From the NCBI GenBank assembly GCA_030704615.1, contig CM060731.1, positions 70,370,001 through 70,434,000 of the forward strand: 64,000 bases of DNA, written 5' to 3'. The notes beneath the pieces are model-generated. The model was not told the origin of the DNA, did no database searches, and was given only the letters and a program-made list of their open reading frames with translations. A program made the position numbers and the translations under genes. The DNA is from Takakia lepidozioides. Taxonomy: Eukaryota; Plantae; Bryophyta. How positions within the stretch are numbered: the stretch's first letter is position 1; every line of letters begins with the position of its first letter. Below are positions 22,166 through 33,840 of this stretch, piece by piece.

Positions 22166-24122
22166 ATTACCGCGGAAACACGGCAAATACGGCAAACCCT
22201 AACCCTAACCCTTAGCGAACTGCCATGTTTGTGAAGGAAAACAGGCTGGGAATTAAGCTGACGTCATTACCGCGGAAACACGGCAAATACGACAAACCGG
22301 GGAAACACTGCAAATTGTAACCCCAAACCCTAACCGTAACCCTTAGCGAACTGCCATGTTCGTGGAGGGAAACAGGGCTGGAATTAAGCGAGCGTTAGGC
22401 ACATGAGAATTCAAATAATAATAATAAAAATAATAAAAGTTTTTTGTTTTTTTTTTTTATTTTTTTGGTTTTTTTTTCGCCCCTCCCCCTGGGCATTTGG
22501 GTAGATGTCGTCGACGATCATCGTGAATTCATGATCATGAAGAAATTGAGTGCGTTGACGCACTCAGTTCTGCGTGGGGGGGGGGGGGGGGGGGGAGAGG
22601 GAGGGAAAAAAAAAAAAAAAAAAAAAAAAAAACACTTGTTTTCTTTTTTGGGTTCACCCCCCCGGGAGAACTGAGTGCGTCAACGCACTCAATTTCTTCA
22701 TGATCATGATTTCAGGATGATCATCGACGACAGTGTTGTGCGGGTCCGGATTTTCACCCCTGGTACCTGGCAGGTTTTTTTTGGGGGGGGAACTCCCCCC
22801 CCCCCGGTGAGAACCTAAGTGCGTCAACACACTCAATTTTTTCACGATCATGATTTCAGGATGCTCATCGACGACAGTGTTGTGCGGGTCCGGATTTTCA
22901 CCCCTGGTACCTGACAGGTTTTTTTTGGGGGGGGAACTCCCCCCCCCCCGGTGAGAACCTAAGTGCGTCAACACACTCAATTTTTTCACGATCATGATTT
23001 CAGGATGATCATTGACGACATCAACGACAGTGTTGTGCAGGTCCGGATTTTCACCCCGGGTACCCGACGGGTTAGGGTCAGCGTTTTTTTTTATTGGCGA
23101 TTTTTCGCCATTTGGCTGTTTGAAAATCCCCTTGGCGAATGAAACAAAGGGAAAAAGAGGTCCAAATAAGGCAGTTTTCGCCAAAAAATGGGGGTCTCAA
23201 AAAGGTCCTCGTCTGTGGATCCACGGGGCAGCAGCACAGATGTAGCCATGGCGGGCCCCATGCAGGATGATCTGACGGGCCAGATGAGGAGTGGGTTTAG
23301 GATTGTGGGGCCTCATCTGTTTCCCAAGGAGATGCTCGTTGCCAGTTTTGCGAGAACTATATACCTCATTTGTACCAATTAGCCTTGGTTTTCACATAGA
23401 AAGAGTTTCATTCGTCCTATGGCTTTCAACTATTTCTATACTTCACCTTCTATTGCTCATCAACATTCATTTGATTCGCAAAATATGGCAAGGGTGGAAA
23501 TACATGTAGCCTACCAATTCGAGGAAAATTACCTAGAATGGGCCACTACCCTACACCCAATATATATAGCCACTCCTATTCCTTTTCAAAATCCCTAAAA
23601 AAAACCCTGGTTAGGGTCCGGGTTACCTATCCTGATCCGGACCCGTGCCATCACCAAAAACTCGGACCCTGACCCGGGTTCATTTCAAAACCGGACCCGG
23701 ACCCGCCAGCTAGGTCCAGAACCCGTTAAACCCACTACTCGCGGGCCAGAGTTGGTATAGCCATCTTTCCTAGTTCACTAGTTGACTTTCTAGAGAGTTA
23801 TACTATTGTTGGTGGGTTGAAAAGCAACTCACTAGTGGGTGTGGCTGCTCCAGGAGTATACTTAAAAACAATGATGGGGCTTGGTGAGAGTGGGGCTAGG
23901 TGGGATCGTAGCTTGGGGCTAGTGGAAGTGGGACCAACTGCGTGAAGTGCTTGGGGTGGGAGTGCTTGGGGTTGACGAAGTAGGGATGGGGGAATTGGGT
24001 CGATCGTCGTGCTTGTAAAGGGGACTCAATATGTCGTGTTTGCCGTATATTGCCGTGTTTGCCGTGTTTGGAAGTTTTGCCGTGTTCACCTCTTCTTCCA
24101 AAATATACACTTCCACGGTAAT
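22166..24122. mobile_element. Putative TIR element with (A)CACGGCAAA subterminal repeats and CCCTAA motifs
   Basis: attaccgcggaa at 22166 (duplicated at ~22266) is inverted by ttccacggtaat at 24111-24122. acacggcaaa and tttgccgtgt repeats occur at opposite ends. Confidence 0.5.
22505..23065. repeat. Inverted plus tandem ~143-bp repeats with internal palindromes
   Basis: Units start at ~22666, 22809 and 22953. An inverted copy lies at ~22505-22571. Palindromes tgagtgcgt-ca-acgcactca and tcatgatcatga. Confidence 0.85.
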
Positions 24123-25660
24123 ATGACCCCCTCTAAACCTTGTCCTCGGTTATAGGACTTGCTTCTCCCTCCTCTAAACCCTGGGCCTAGGCTCACGCTT
24201 AGAGGGCAAAGCATGAGCCGAGCTCCTGGGCTCACGCGGCTAGGCTCACGCCGTAGCTACGCTCCCGCCGAAGCATACCCATGGAGAGCAAAAGTGCTCC
24301 CTCATATATCTAGACTCGGCGCCGCCCAAAAGACAGGCGGCCGAAGTTCCTTCTAGAATGGTGGACTACCTACTCGCCTCCACATAAGATATAGTTGGGT
24401 TCATTGTTCAGCCTTGACTCTTCCTACACTCAACATATCTGGTCCCACTCATTGATCCATAGCTATATTAATTAATATAGCTATGGTTCATGTTTTGGTC
24501 TTTTTTTGGGGCCATGCATGTGCAGCGCCCAAAGTAGGTACTAACTTAGAAAGTAAGTAGTAAGACGTAGGGGATGAGCGCGCTCTCTCCTCTACATACC
24601 TTCTCAAGGAGGCGGCCGGGACCCCATCAAGCGGTGGGGGATCTTCTAGAAGGTTGCCCAACACATGTCACCCCTAGAAACCACTACTTGACACTTGTTT
24701 ACCCCAATTTGGCGCCTGAATTAAACTATCCTCCACTTAATAGCCGTCGCCTTTCTACTTTCTTTTCTTTGGACCCCCCCTTACACAAGGGTTATTCCGT
24801 CAAATCCTTGTGTAGCTTACTATATATCCCCTTTTAAGCTCCTCGACCATCCTCTAATGGGCAGGGCCCACGCCAACTTGGGGGCTTATCCATAGCCCCC
24901 CTAAGGAAAGAGAAGACCGATTGATAACCCTGCCAAACCGGGCGGTTTTCTATATGTGCTCATGTTCCCCTCAATACCACAAGCGAGTATGGCTCTCAAT
25001 CAAATGGGTCCCACCGCTCATCAGTGAGTCCGGTTGCTGGTTATAACCCAGAGTATCTTCTGCCCCCCCAACAGTGGTATGCACAGTAGGAAAAACAGTG
25101 ACAGCTCAGCTAAGGAAGTTGGTGCCCTAACACCTCTACATTTTTTTTTGGGCAAAAATAGAGGTTGTGGTTCCTCGTCACGTGTTTTTTTGTTTTTGGT
25201 ATCATTATATCATTGTATTTTGTTTTTGGTATCACCTCCACATTTAAAATACAAAAATGCAAAAAAAATGCGAGAAACCTTTTCCAAGCGAGCTTAGTTG
25301 CAATGGTAAGGTCAAAGAAGATTCTGGTAAGAAGGGCAGTAGCAGTAGAGTTCAATCCTTCCAATGACCAATTGCACCTAGCCTTCCATATAATGCCAGA
25401 TGGTAGCTTCTCGGAGGGCTTCAAAGACAGGGCATTTGCAGGCCACCGACTTTGATCCCTTATCCCACATTTAAAAATGCAAGAAAAATTCTGAGGATTA
25501 GATTCCACACTAGTAGTAGTCACTAGTCACTAGTCATTCCGGAGTTTGAATGTTTTGGGGTACAAGTATGATAATGCAATTTGTCTTTCCCACCTGCACA
25601 CTCTCCCTCTCTCTCTCCCTCCCACACACTCTCGCACAGTGTCACTCTTTGCGAGCAGAG

Positions 25661-27133
25661 ATGCAGGAGGTGGGGAGCGCACGGAGTTGGTTGGGAAAGG
25701 TTGATCAGAGGTGGGATGAGAGGGGAGAAAGAAAGATTGGTTGTGAGGAGGAGCAGGAATTAATTCCGGGGCTGCCCAACGAAGTTGCTCTGAATTGTGT
25801 GCTGGCAAAGGTGCCATGGCACGCAATGTTGGGGCTTGCGTCTGTGAGCCGTGCGTGGCACAGTGCTTTGGAGACGCGCTCCATTTTCGATGCTCGCGTT
25901 CGCGCCGGTGGTTTCCAGGGATTCTTTGCCCTCCTCCATAAAGCAACCAAGAAACCAACATCTGTGTTTCCATTTGGAGCGCGCGATTTCTTGAACGCCT
26001 GCGAGCTACCACCCACATCAATTCATGGCGAAGGGGACGATGGGGTTGGTGAAATGGCCACGATCTCAAAGGTCGAGGCTGAAATTTGGTTGGAATCCAA
26101 TCAGCTGGATGTCGATGAGACCCAATTTTGGGAAGTTACTGAAACTTGGTCATATGCCATTTCTGTTTATGACCCTCGAGACAACTTTTGGCAACAGCTG
26201 CCTCCTATTCCGAATATCGAATGCGGTATCCCTCTCTTCTGCCGCTGTGTGTGCGTGGGTGGGAGACTGCTAGTTATTGGTGGCCGCGATCAGGAGACAT
26301 CGGAGCCTCGGAGTGAGGTTTACATGCTGGATTTGGTAGCTGGACATGGGGTGTGGCACCAATGTGCAAGCATGAATACACCCCGGGCGAGCTTTTCTTG
26401 TGGGGTTGTGGACGGCAAGGTGATTGTTGCTGGTGGGCAATCAAACTATGCATATGCAATCTCTTCTGCCGAGGTCTTTGATATTGTTGGTAATGCATGG
26501 AGCTCAATTGCAGACATAGGGGTGCCATGCTCATTTTCTGTGGATGCTGTGATGGATGGCAAACTCTATGTCACTGGTGGCTACTCTTCAGTGTCGAATA
26601 CACAGGACAATAAGATTGATCATGTGAAAGCTGGTAGTCGAGTTCAGTGGGATGATGAAGAAGACGATGATGTCCAAAGACAGTGGGTCCAATCAGCTCA
26701 AGTCTATGATGCCAGAAAAGGGAATTGGACAGAAGTGGAAGACATGTGCAAAGATGAGGTTCATGCTTGCGCAGTTGTTGACAGGCAGCTCCATGGTCTA
26801 AGAGCCGATGGAATCCATCGCTACTGCGAGTCTTCCAATTCTTGGTCGGTTGTGCAGTGCAATCCCTGGAACAGGTTACGAGTAGAAGCCGAAGGGGGGC
26901 CCGCCACATCAGCCAGTTATGGGACAAATTCATCATGTGTGCTGACTGCTACTGCTGTGAAACATGAAGTCTTCGCCATGGTTTGCTTCGGAGCTGATGA
27001 GGAATCCTCTGTCTCTTTGTACAGAAATGCAGAGTATGGAAAACCAGGGAAGAAGAACGCGGGCTGGAAGAAGGTTTTGTGTCCGTTCCAATTATTGGGC
27101 TTGTTCCCAGCCTGCTGCTCGATTGAGATGTAA
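25661..27133 (+). CDS. F-box/kelch-repeat protein (single exon)
   Basis: F-box LIPGLPNEVALNCVLAKVP...VSRAW. Kelch repeats LLVIGG..., W...ASMNTPRASFSCGVVDGKVIVAGG, DGKLYVTGG, YD...W. The start is either ATG 25661 or an upstream ATG (ORF opens at 25550). Confidence 0.92.
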   Translation: MQEVGSARSWLGKVDQRWDERGERKIGCEEEQELIPGLPNEVALNCVLAKVPWHAMLGLASVSRAWHSALETRSIFDARVRAGGFQGFFALLHKATKKPTSVFPFGARDFLNACELPPTSIHGEGDDGVGEMATISKVEAEIWLESNQLDVDETQFWEVTETWSYAISVYDPRDNFWQQLPPIPNIECGIPLFCRCVCVGGRLLVIGGRDQETSEPRSEVYMLDLVAGHGVWHQCASMNTPRASFSCGVVDGKVIVAGGQSNYAYAISSAEVFDIVGNAWSSIADIGVPCSFSVDAVMDGKLYVTGGYSSVSNTQDNKIDHVKAGSRVQWDDEEDDDVQRQWVQSAQVYDARKGNWTEVEDMCKDEVHACAVVDRQLHGLRADGIHRYCESSNSWSVVQCNPWNRLRVEAEGGPATSASYGTNSSCVLTATAVKHEVFAMVCFGADEESSVSLYRNAEYGKPGKKNAGWKKVLCPFQLLGLFPACCSIEM

Positions 27134-28924
27134 TAAATACTTGCACAAGCTCTGCACCGTAGCCTCTAGGTTCACCATGCGTCCAGTGTACATGTTGTAT
27201 GTTTGTGTGGCTTATCGCCCTTCCACACTAGTGCAGTCTAGAGCCAGCTCGCGGAGGTCCAATCTTTGGTATACAAGTAGGATTTACGTCTCTAGCAAGA
27301 AGCTTTTGAGATTAGAACTACGTACGCCAGATTTTGACCGACTTTTGCACTCGTCTTGCAATTACTTGTGAAGAAAAATTTATGAGATGCAAACAGATCA
27401 TTCGCTTTACACTGCATTCTGATTTTTGTTGAATTTAGGTCTGGGATGCCAAAGGGAGGCTGTTCGTTTCTTACTACAGGTTTGCTGGACACCTTGCTTC
27501 CGGTGGCGCTGATGGTTCTTCATGTACTCTCTGGATTAGGCCTGAACTCGTCTGGCAAATGGTGCTAGATCGTCGAAGAAGGGGCCTGCGAATGACAGTA
27601 ATTCAATGGTTGTTTTACACAAAGACACTTGCAACTGATGGTATTAAGTATGGACTGTCTTTCTGAATGCCTGGGTTGATTCCATCTTGCCAGACAAGTT
27701 CGAACGGGATCCCATCACATCGTGCAATCTTGACTTCTAGATTTAGTCGTTTAAGTCACCTGGGGCATTGCTTTCACAGGAAAATACATCCATCAATCAG
27801 ACGCTCAAAATTGTGGCAGTTGCAGGTGTACAAAGGTGAAGGTGTTGGATTTATATCGAGAGCTCCTTTGCTCAACTAAGCCATATCTCGTGCCATTACT
27901 GTCTCCGTAACTGTCTCATTCGATCTCTGCTTTTTCCCTTAACATTCTTCAAATTATGTCATGTTGGCTTGCAGTACCGTACTTCCCGGCCACATTGTAA
28001 CCACAGGTCTCTTTGCCTTCCTTTGTGCCACAAATCATATGGACACTTAATATCCCGAGAGTGGAGATGTGCTCTGGATGAAGTCTACCGCGCGGGGCCA
28101 GTTGAAGGCCATGTACAAATACAACCCAGAAAAATAAACTTGTGGGTAACATAGTGTCCAGAAATGGAAAACTCAGAGCATGCCTTGCTGTAAAGTTTGT
28201 AGATACAATCAGTTTGAACACTGTGGTACTATCAACATACACTTGAACGTTCGCCTGAAGTGGACACAGTTGATGAAAATCGCATTTTGAAATCTTGTGC
28301 TCGATCTTCGTGCGCACATCAGTGTCTGTTTGGTTTCTTTGGAAGAAGTCTTAGGAGAGATGGTGTGTTGCATGCCATTGAGTTGTACTTGGCCCAAAGC
28401 CGACCAAGATTCACCGAAAACCATTGAGGTTTCTCTTGCCAATTCTTTTTTGATGAGTTCTTCTACAAAAGTTGAAAGGCTAAAGCTCAGAAAAGATGAA
28501 ATTTAAGATGTGAAGGCAACTTTCAAGCGCAAGTGCAACTCGTTTCCAAAACAACACTAGGCTAATCAGTTTCTTCGTGAAGCAAAGAATTTGACACAAC
28601 GTTGCATGCGTATCGTATTCTCGGTAGGGACTTAAACACTTTAGCTGACGAGACGTTACTGGGAGGGAGGAATAATGAAACTTTTCCGCTAGCGATATTT
28701 AGTATCTCTTTCTCACTGTCCGTACAGGCTACGAAGAGCGATGCGAGAGATTGTGGAAGAGATTGTGGACTGCGGGACGGCTGTGGAGGGTTGTCCGATT
28801 CTTTTTGGTGTAAAGCGCTTGAAGGTGAACTCTCGATACCTGGTAGCTGTACAGAGACAGAGGAAAGATGTTTTGTCATACTGAATAGGAACGGTTCTGA
28901 ATTGTTTTCCTTTGAATCCACTAG

Positions 28925-29240
28925 GTATTGCGGGGACAGCTCGTTGAAGAAGATCTATGTTTGGGACTATGAAGAAGAGTCGGGGACTCCAACAAATCAG
29001 CGGCTTTTTCTAGACACAGCCGATCTTTTTCCGGGGGTACCAGATGGAGCCACCATAGACTCCCAAGGATTTCTGTGGGTGTGTTTCTTCGATAGACATA
29101 AGCTCGTCCAGATCTCGCCTGAAGCAAAGGTGGTGCATGTCATCAACCTTCCTGTGAAGCGGCCCACTCAGCCCATTTGGTATGGTGAGGATCTCGACGA
29201 GTTGTTGATCACTACGGCTACATTGGGTGTTGATGTGCCC
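28925..29240 (+). pseudogene. SMP-30/gluconolactonase (regucalcin-like) C-terminal exon; gene appears fragmentary
   Basis: DS..KKIYVWDY...GTPTNQRLF...GVPDGATIDSQGFLWV...INLPVKRPT...GEDLDELLITTA is the SGL beta-propeller signature, preceded by an AG acceptor. Upstream candidate pieces (~28050-28140) contain stops. Confidence 0.75.
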
Positions 29241-30534
29241 AGTTCATTGTACTATTTCATGATTCTAGTTATATGGGAACAATGTGCAAGTTTGTGTGGA
29301 GCTCACAATCATCTTGTGCGACCTTACATCCTTCTTGGTTTTCTGCTTTGTCAAGTTATAATTTGTTCTTCAAGAACACAAGAATGGCACAAACTAAGCA
29401 TGTGCCAGAGGTATTGGACTGCCTCACCTGGGTGATCCGGGGTACCAGGATATTACTGGACTGCGTCTTTCTTCGGTGGGCAGCCTCAGGCACTGCCTTG
29501 TATCTGTGTCCCAGGCCTTACAAGTCAGTTTTCCATAGGGCACCTGGCACGAATGCCAGTGAACAAGTGCCATACAACGACACGGGACAAATCAGGGCGA
29601 GCCAAATCCACAAGTGATTTTCCATTACTGTGAAGGCCTGGAAGGCACACTTATTGAGGCCACTCTACATACTTATTTTTAGAGCATCTCCACGGTGAGC
29701 ACTGCCCGTCAAATGTTATATACCCAAACGTTATATACCTTGGTTACAGGGGTGACTGTATTTTTTACAAAGACTGGTTGCCTCACACTCCACAGTTGGC
29801 ACGGTAAGCGAGAGTGCAGAGACAAGCCCCAAGGCAGGATCACAATCTTGGCGCGGTCCAAGAACATAATATCTCCTGAACTCACGAATTTAATTTACGG
29901 TGGTTGGTGGGGTCCCGGTATGATTGGCCAAAGTGCCGGGCTGGAGGCAGATTTAAGGGCTAAGGTGAGCTATTGCCCATAAACTCATACACAACAATTT
30001 CCAGAGTCCATGGACAGTGACAACTGTACATTCCAGTGTTGCGCACTGCTTAGGACTTCGACCTCCGCACAGAACTCGTTGCCCACTTGCGGGGAGGAAT
30101 AGGATAGTGTGCAGGAGCATAGGTTGATATTTCACAGATCGACAATCGAAGACACCTCCGATTCTTCTCTATGGAGCGTCGCACGACGTGTGCAATGCTA
30201 TGCAGAGGATCGACACTAGAGCACTTACGAATGTGACCTGAAAAATCTTGTTGTCACGAGCATAGTATTTCTTTGTTGTGCCCGTGTCTGACTTTGTTTG
30301 CAAGCCAAGTCGGTGGGTTGCATTCACACTCTTTCACTCGCCGACAAGAACCAATCCCCAAATTTCTGGGGCCGCCTGCACATATTCCTCTCAATATAAA
30401 GACCAGTTGCATCCACCACAAAAATGGGACCCGCTCACCTCCCAGGCCATATCTGCCAACAGGAGTTCATCCACGGAAATGAACCTTACTAAGTGGCAGT
30501 TACCTATATATAGTACCCACGATCAATTGGGGGG

Positions 30535-31310
30535 AGAGTTGAAGATCAGGCAACCCCATAGTGTGGGAAGAGCCAATCAGTGGGGCCGACGGGAGGCTTG
30601 GAAAGGAGGGAAATGGCTCCACAAGCTGCACACATCTGTACGCATAGAAGTAGGGGGGGTACCCAACGTAGAAGCATGGGAGGGCGATGGGAGACCTTCC
30701 AGAAGCAGCGGTGGGCCCCCTTCTAGAAGACTCCACCACCGCCTCCAAAGACTATATAAGGAGGGTAAGGGTTCCATTTTATTAGGCCTCCATTTCATGG
30801 GCTCTGCAAGCATGCCCCCTTAGAAAATAAAAATTTGGAACCTGAACCTATCTAATTAGAAACTCTCTTACTATGTACTAGAATCATTTTTGCACCATCA
30901 AAAGTTTTAAGAAAACAGCCATATACATACACAATTATACACAACATATACCTACCATGTACCCCAATTCATTTGGCCAATTTGGGAAGGTCAGGCAACC
31001 CGACATTGTGGGAAGAGCCAATTTGTGGGGCCGCGGGAGGCTTGGAGAGGAGGGAAATGGCATGCACATGTACGCCTAGGCTAGCGTAGAAGTAGGAGGG
31101 TCGATGGGAGGTAGACAGCTGTACGATTCTTTTTTATACGGCATTTTATATGGCATGGGATGGGGCGGTGGGCCCAAGACATGCGTTGTACGCCCTCCTA
31201 CTTCTAGAGCTTTCCAGAAGTAGGGGGATGAGGCGGTGGCCCCTTCTAGAAGGCTCCACCACTGCCTCCAAAGACTATATAGAGGGTAAGGGATATACAT
31301 TTTATTAGGT
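30535..31310 (+). repeat. Degenerate direct repeat pair (~30535-30790 and ~30985-31310)
   Basis: Shared tcaggcaaccc...gtgggaagagccaat...gggaggcttgga...ccttctagaag.ctccacca..gcctccaaagactatata. Confidence 0.75.
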
Positions 31311-31951
31311 TTCTTGTTGTAGGTACTGTGCAAATTTGGGAAGAATTGACCGTTCCGTTTGGGAGATTATAATAATTTACCAGGGGGTTTTTTCAACTCC
31401 AAAGAAATTTTGAGGAAACATTCTGTTTGACAAAGCAAATTCGCCCTGACATAGATTTTTGTTGGGGGCCGACCAACTCAATCACAATTCATGCAGGGTT
31501 ACATGTGTCCTTTGGAAATTTGTGGGCCAAATTCCCAAAAAAAAAATGGCACATTGTATGTGCAATCAAGGGGTTCAATGGAAGAAAACCTACACTGGAA
31601 AAGGAAGATCCACATAGTTCCAGGAGTTTTTTACAGAATCAAGTTTCCTCTGGTGCAATCCTGAAGTGCCGATGACGATGTATTGGCGACAATGACGTGA
31701 CATTTCAGATAAAACATGGCAATGATAAGGTGGCACTATGGCACCCTATTGCTGCTCTGATTATCATAATTCAGTTTTTTCTTTTTTCTTTTTTCCTCTT
31801 TCAGCCCAAATTTTGACAACAATGATGTGGCTGATGATGACATGTCCTACAAATGTGGCTATGATGATGTGGTAATCGGGCACCCCATTCCCGCTCTACA
31901 CTGAAATTCGAGGCCCATCTAAGCCCAGTGAAAGCTTGGCAGTGTAGTAAC

Positions 31952-32566
31952 CAGTGTTGGGCGGGCATGTCACTGAGAACATGACCTACGGGCCCGAACT
32001 TGTCGATATGGAAACCCATTAGAAGCCCGCCGGGCCCGGGCTTGTGAGGATATTAAGATTTTTGTTGTCCGGCGGATATGCATAATCTATGCTCATTTTT
32101 GTGTTGCCGGTCATGGTTATAAAGGGTTTGTTGTTATAGAAGCCCGCCGGTCGTGTGTAAGGGCAGGTCATGAATTTTATTTAAAATATATATATTTTTA
32201 AATGACTTCAACTTCTCTAAATTTTTTTGGGCCACCCTCATTTCATTGAAATCACCAATAGTTGAAGTACCTCAGTCATGATCTCCACCTTGATTCTGAC
32301 CAACCTGGGCCTTCACATGCCCTGGTTCTCTTTATTCCACAAGCCCGCCCCGCCCCTCCTACACCTCTTACCTGCCTATGCAGGTCTTTTCGCGGGCCTC
32401 CTGGAGCCCTAACCCGCCTATACAGGTCTTGGGGCGGGCCCCATGGAGACACAAACCCACCTAGGCAGGTCTTGGGCCGGGTAAGCGGTATGGATAGGTC
32501 CGGCGATCAGGGCTGGACATACCCTGGTGCATACCCGGCTCTGACCTGTGTACCCGCCCAACACTG
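31952..32566. mobile_element. hAT-type MITE (615 bp)
   Basis: TIR CAGTGTTGGGCGGG / CCCGCCCAACACTG. Perfect 8-bp TSD GTAGTAAC at 31944-31951 and 32567-32574. Internal cccgcc repeats. Confidence 0.9.
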
Positions 32567-32742
32567 GTAGTAACACCTAAATGTGTGTGTTTAAGCAGTT
32601 CTATTAATAGAAAATGTCTAGCAAGGAGATATATATATCGTTGGATTAGCAACAGAACAAAGAGGTCCTGATATCAATTACAATTTTTTGACCACAACCA
32701 TGAATTGATATTAATTTTCAACGTGGTACTTAACAACTTCCT

Positions 32743-32829
32743 AGAGAGAGAGAAGACTCCGGCCAAAACCGGCGTAACTAAGAGCCACTTCGCCTTGTGG
32801 GTACTGCCCTTTTTCGGGGGTGGGTCCTA
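32743..32829 (-). mobile_element. ~87-bp retroposed copy of the RLE-LINE 3' tail with a (TC)n end
   Basis: Flanked by a ~12-bp TSD taacaacttc(c/t)t at 32731-32742 and 32830-32841. Homologous to 20673-20756. Confidence 0.85.
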
Positions 32830-33629
32830 TAACAACTTCTTATATGTGAGTGGTAGACCCAACTATTATGAACCCAAGAAATGACTAATGTAAAGCCTAA
32901 AACTGCCTAAGGTGCACAAGTGTGCATCCAAAAAGGCACCCCTATATAGCAAATTAAGAAGGACATATTCATTGTCCATGAGATGGTCTGCTCCTTGTAG
33001 AGTCTCTAAGTATCCAAAGTCAAAACATTAATGCACCTAAAAAGGAGCACCAAGTGGCCTATGCTGACCCAGGATAGTGTGTGAAAACGTACCTGAGTAA
33101 ATGAAAACTAAACTGCCCTAAGTCCAGTGCTTATCCATGCATGCACCCAACAACGAGTCTTAATGTCCCTGCCATATCTGAAAATATCTAAATTGCATCC
33201 ATCCTTGAACTTTTATGGATTGCATGCTGGGCCTCTTGCACATGTGAGCCCCGTGTTTATACTTGGTGTTAGAGTTAGAAACTTTGAATGGTCAGCGGGT
33301 CCATTTTAAATGGAGCAGCCGTCATGGTATTTTGAAACAAAATTTGCCCCAAATCTGGCCTATGCCCGCTCTTTCGGTGATTAATTAAGTGCAAATCTTG
33401 AGTACAGTAATCTATTTGATTTGTTAATAACCGTGTAGTTACAAATCCAATAAGTACATGGATGTATACACGTTGAGTCGTAAAACCACCATATCTGTAG
33501 GAAATTATGGCCATTGGTAGACCTTAAATAAACCACTGGATTCTGTCTATCCATTCAAGGACCTCTGTAGTCATTTTTCTATGCAAAAATAGGGGTCCGT
33601 TCAAGGTCGCGCTCAGATTTAGGTGAATC

Positions 33630-33840
33630 TACCTTAGGAGACGCACATGGGAGACGCCCTTGGATACATAGGAGACGATTGGGCTTAGATGACAGTGGAC
33701 ACTTGGGCCTCTACATGGGAGATGCACTTAGATACATAGAAGAGTGCACTTGGGCTTAGATGGTCCTCGACATAGGAGACGCACATGGATACAGAGGAAA
33801 TCGCACTTGGTCTTAGATTTCAATTTTTCACACATGGGCC
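33630..33840 (-). repeat. Fragment of the same family as the 15025 TIR element subterminal repeats
   Basis: Reverse-complement matches (cacttgggcttagatg, ggatacataggag) to 15050-15200. Confidence 0.6.

Noticed and set aside
22194-22345. CCCTAA repeats as a telomere
   Set aside because: Only 2-3 units, embedded in a duplicated TE-like end.
22654-23184. 176-aa repetitive ORF
   Set aside because: It is a by-product of the ~143-bp tandem repeat and has a non-ATG start.
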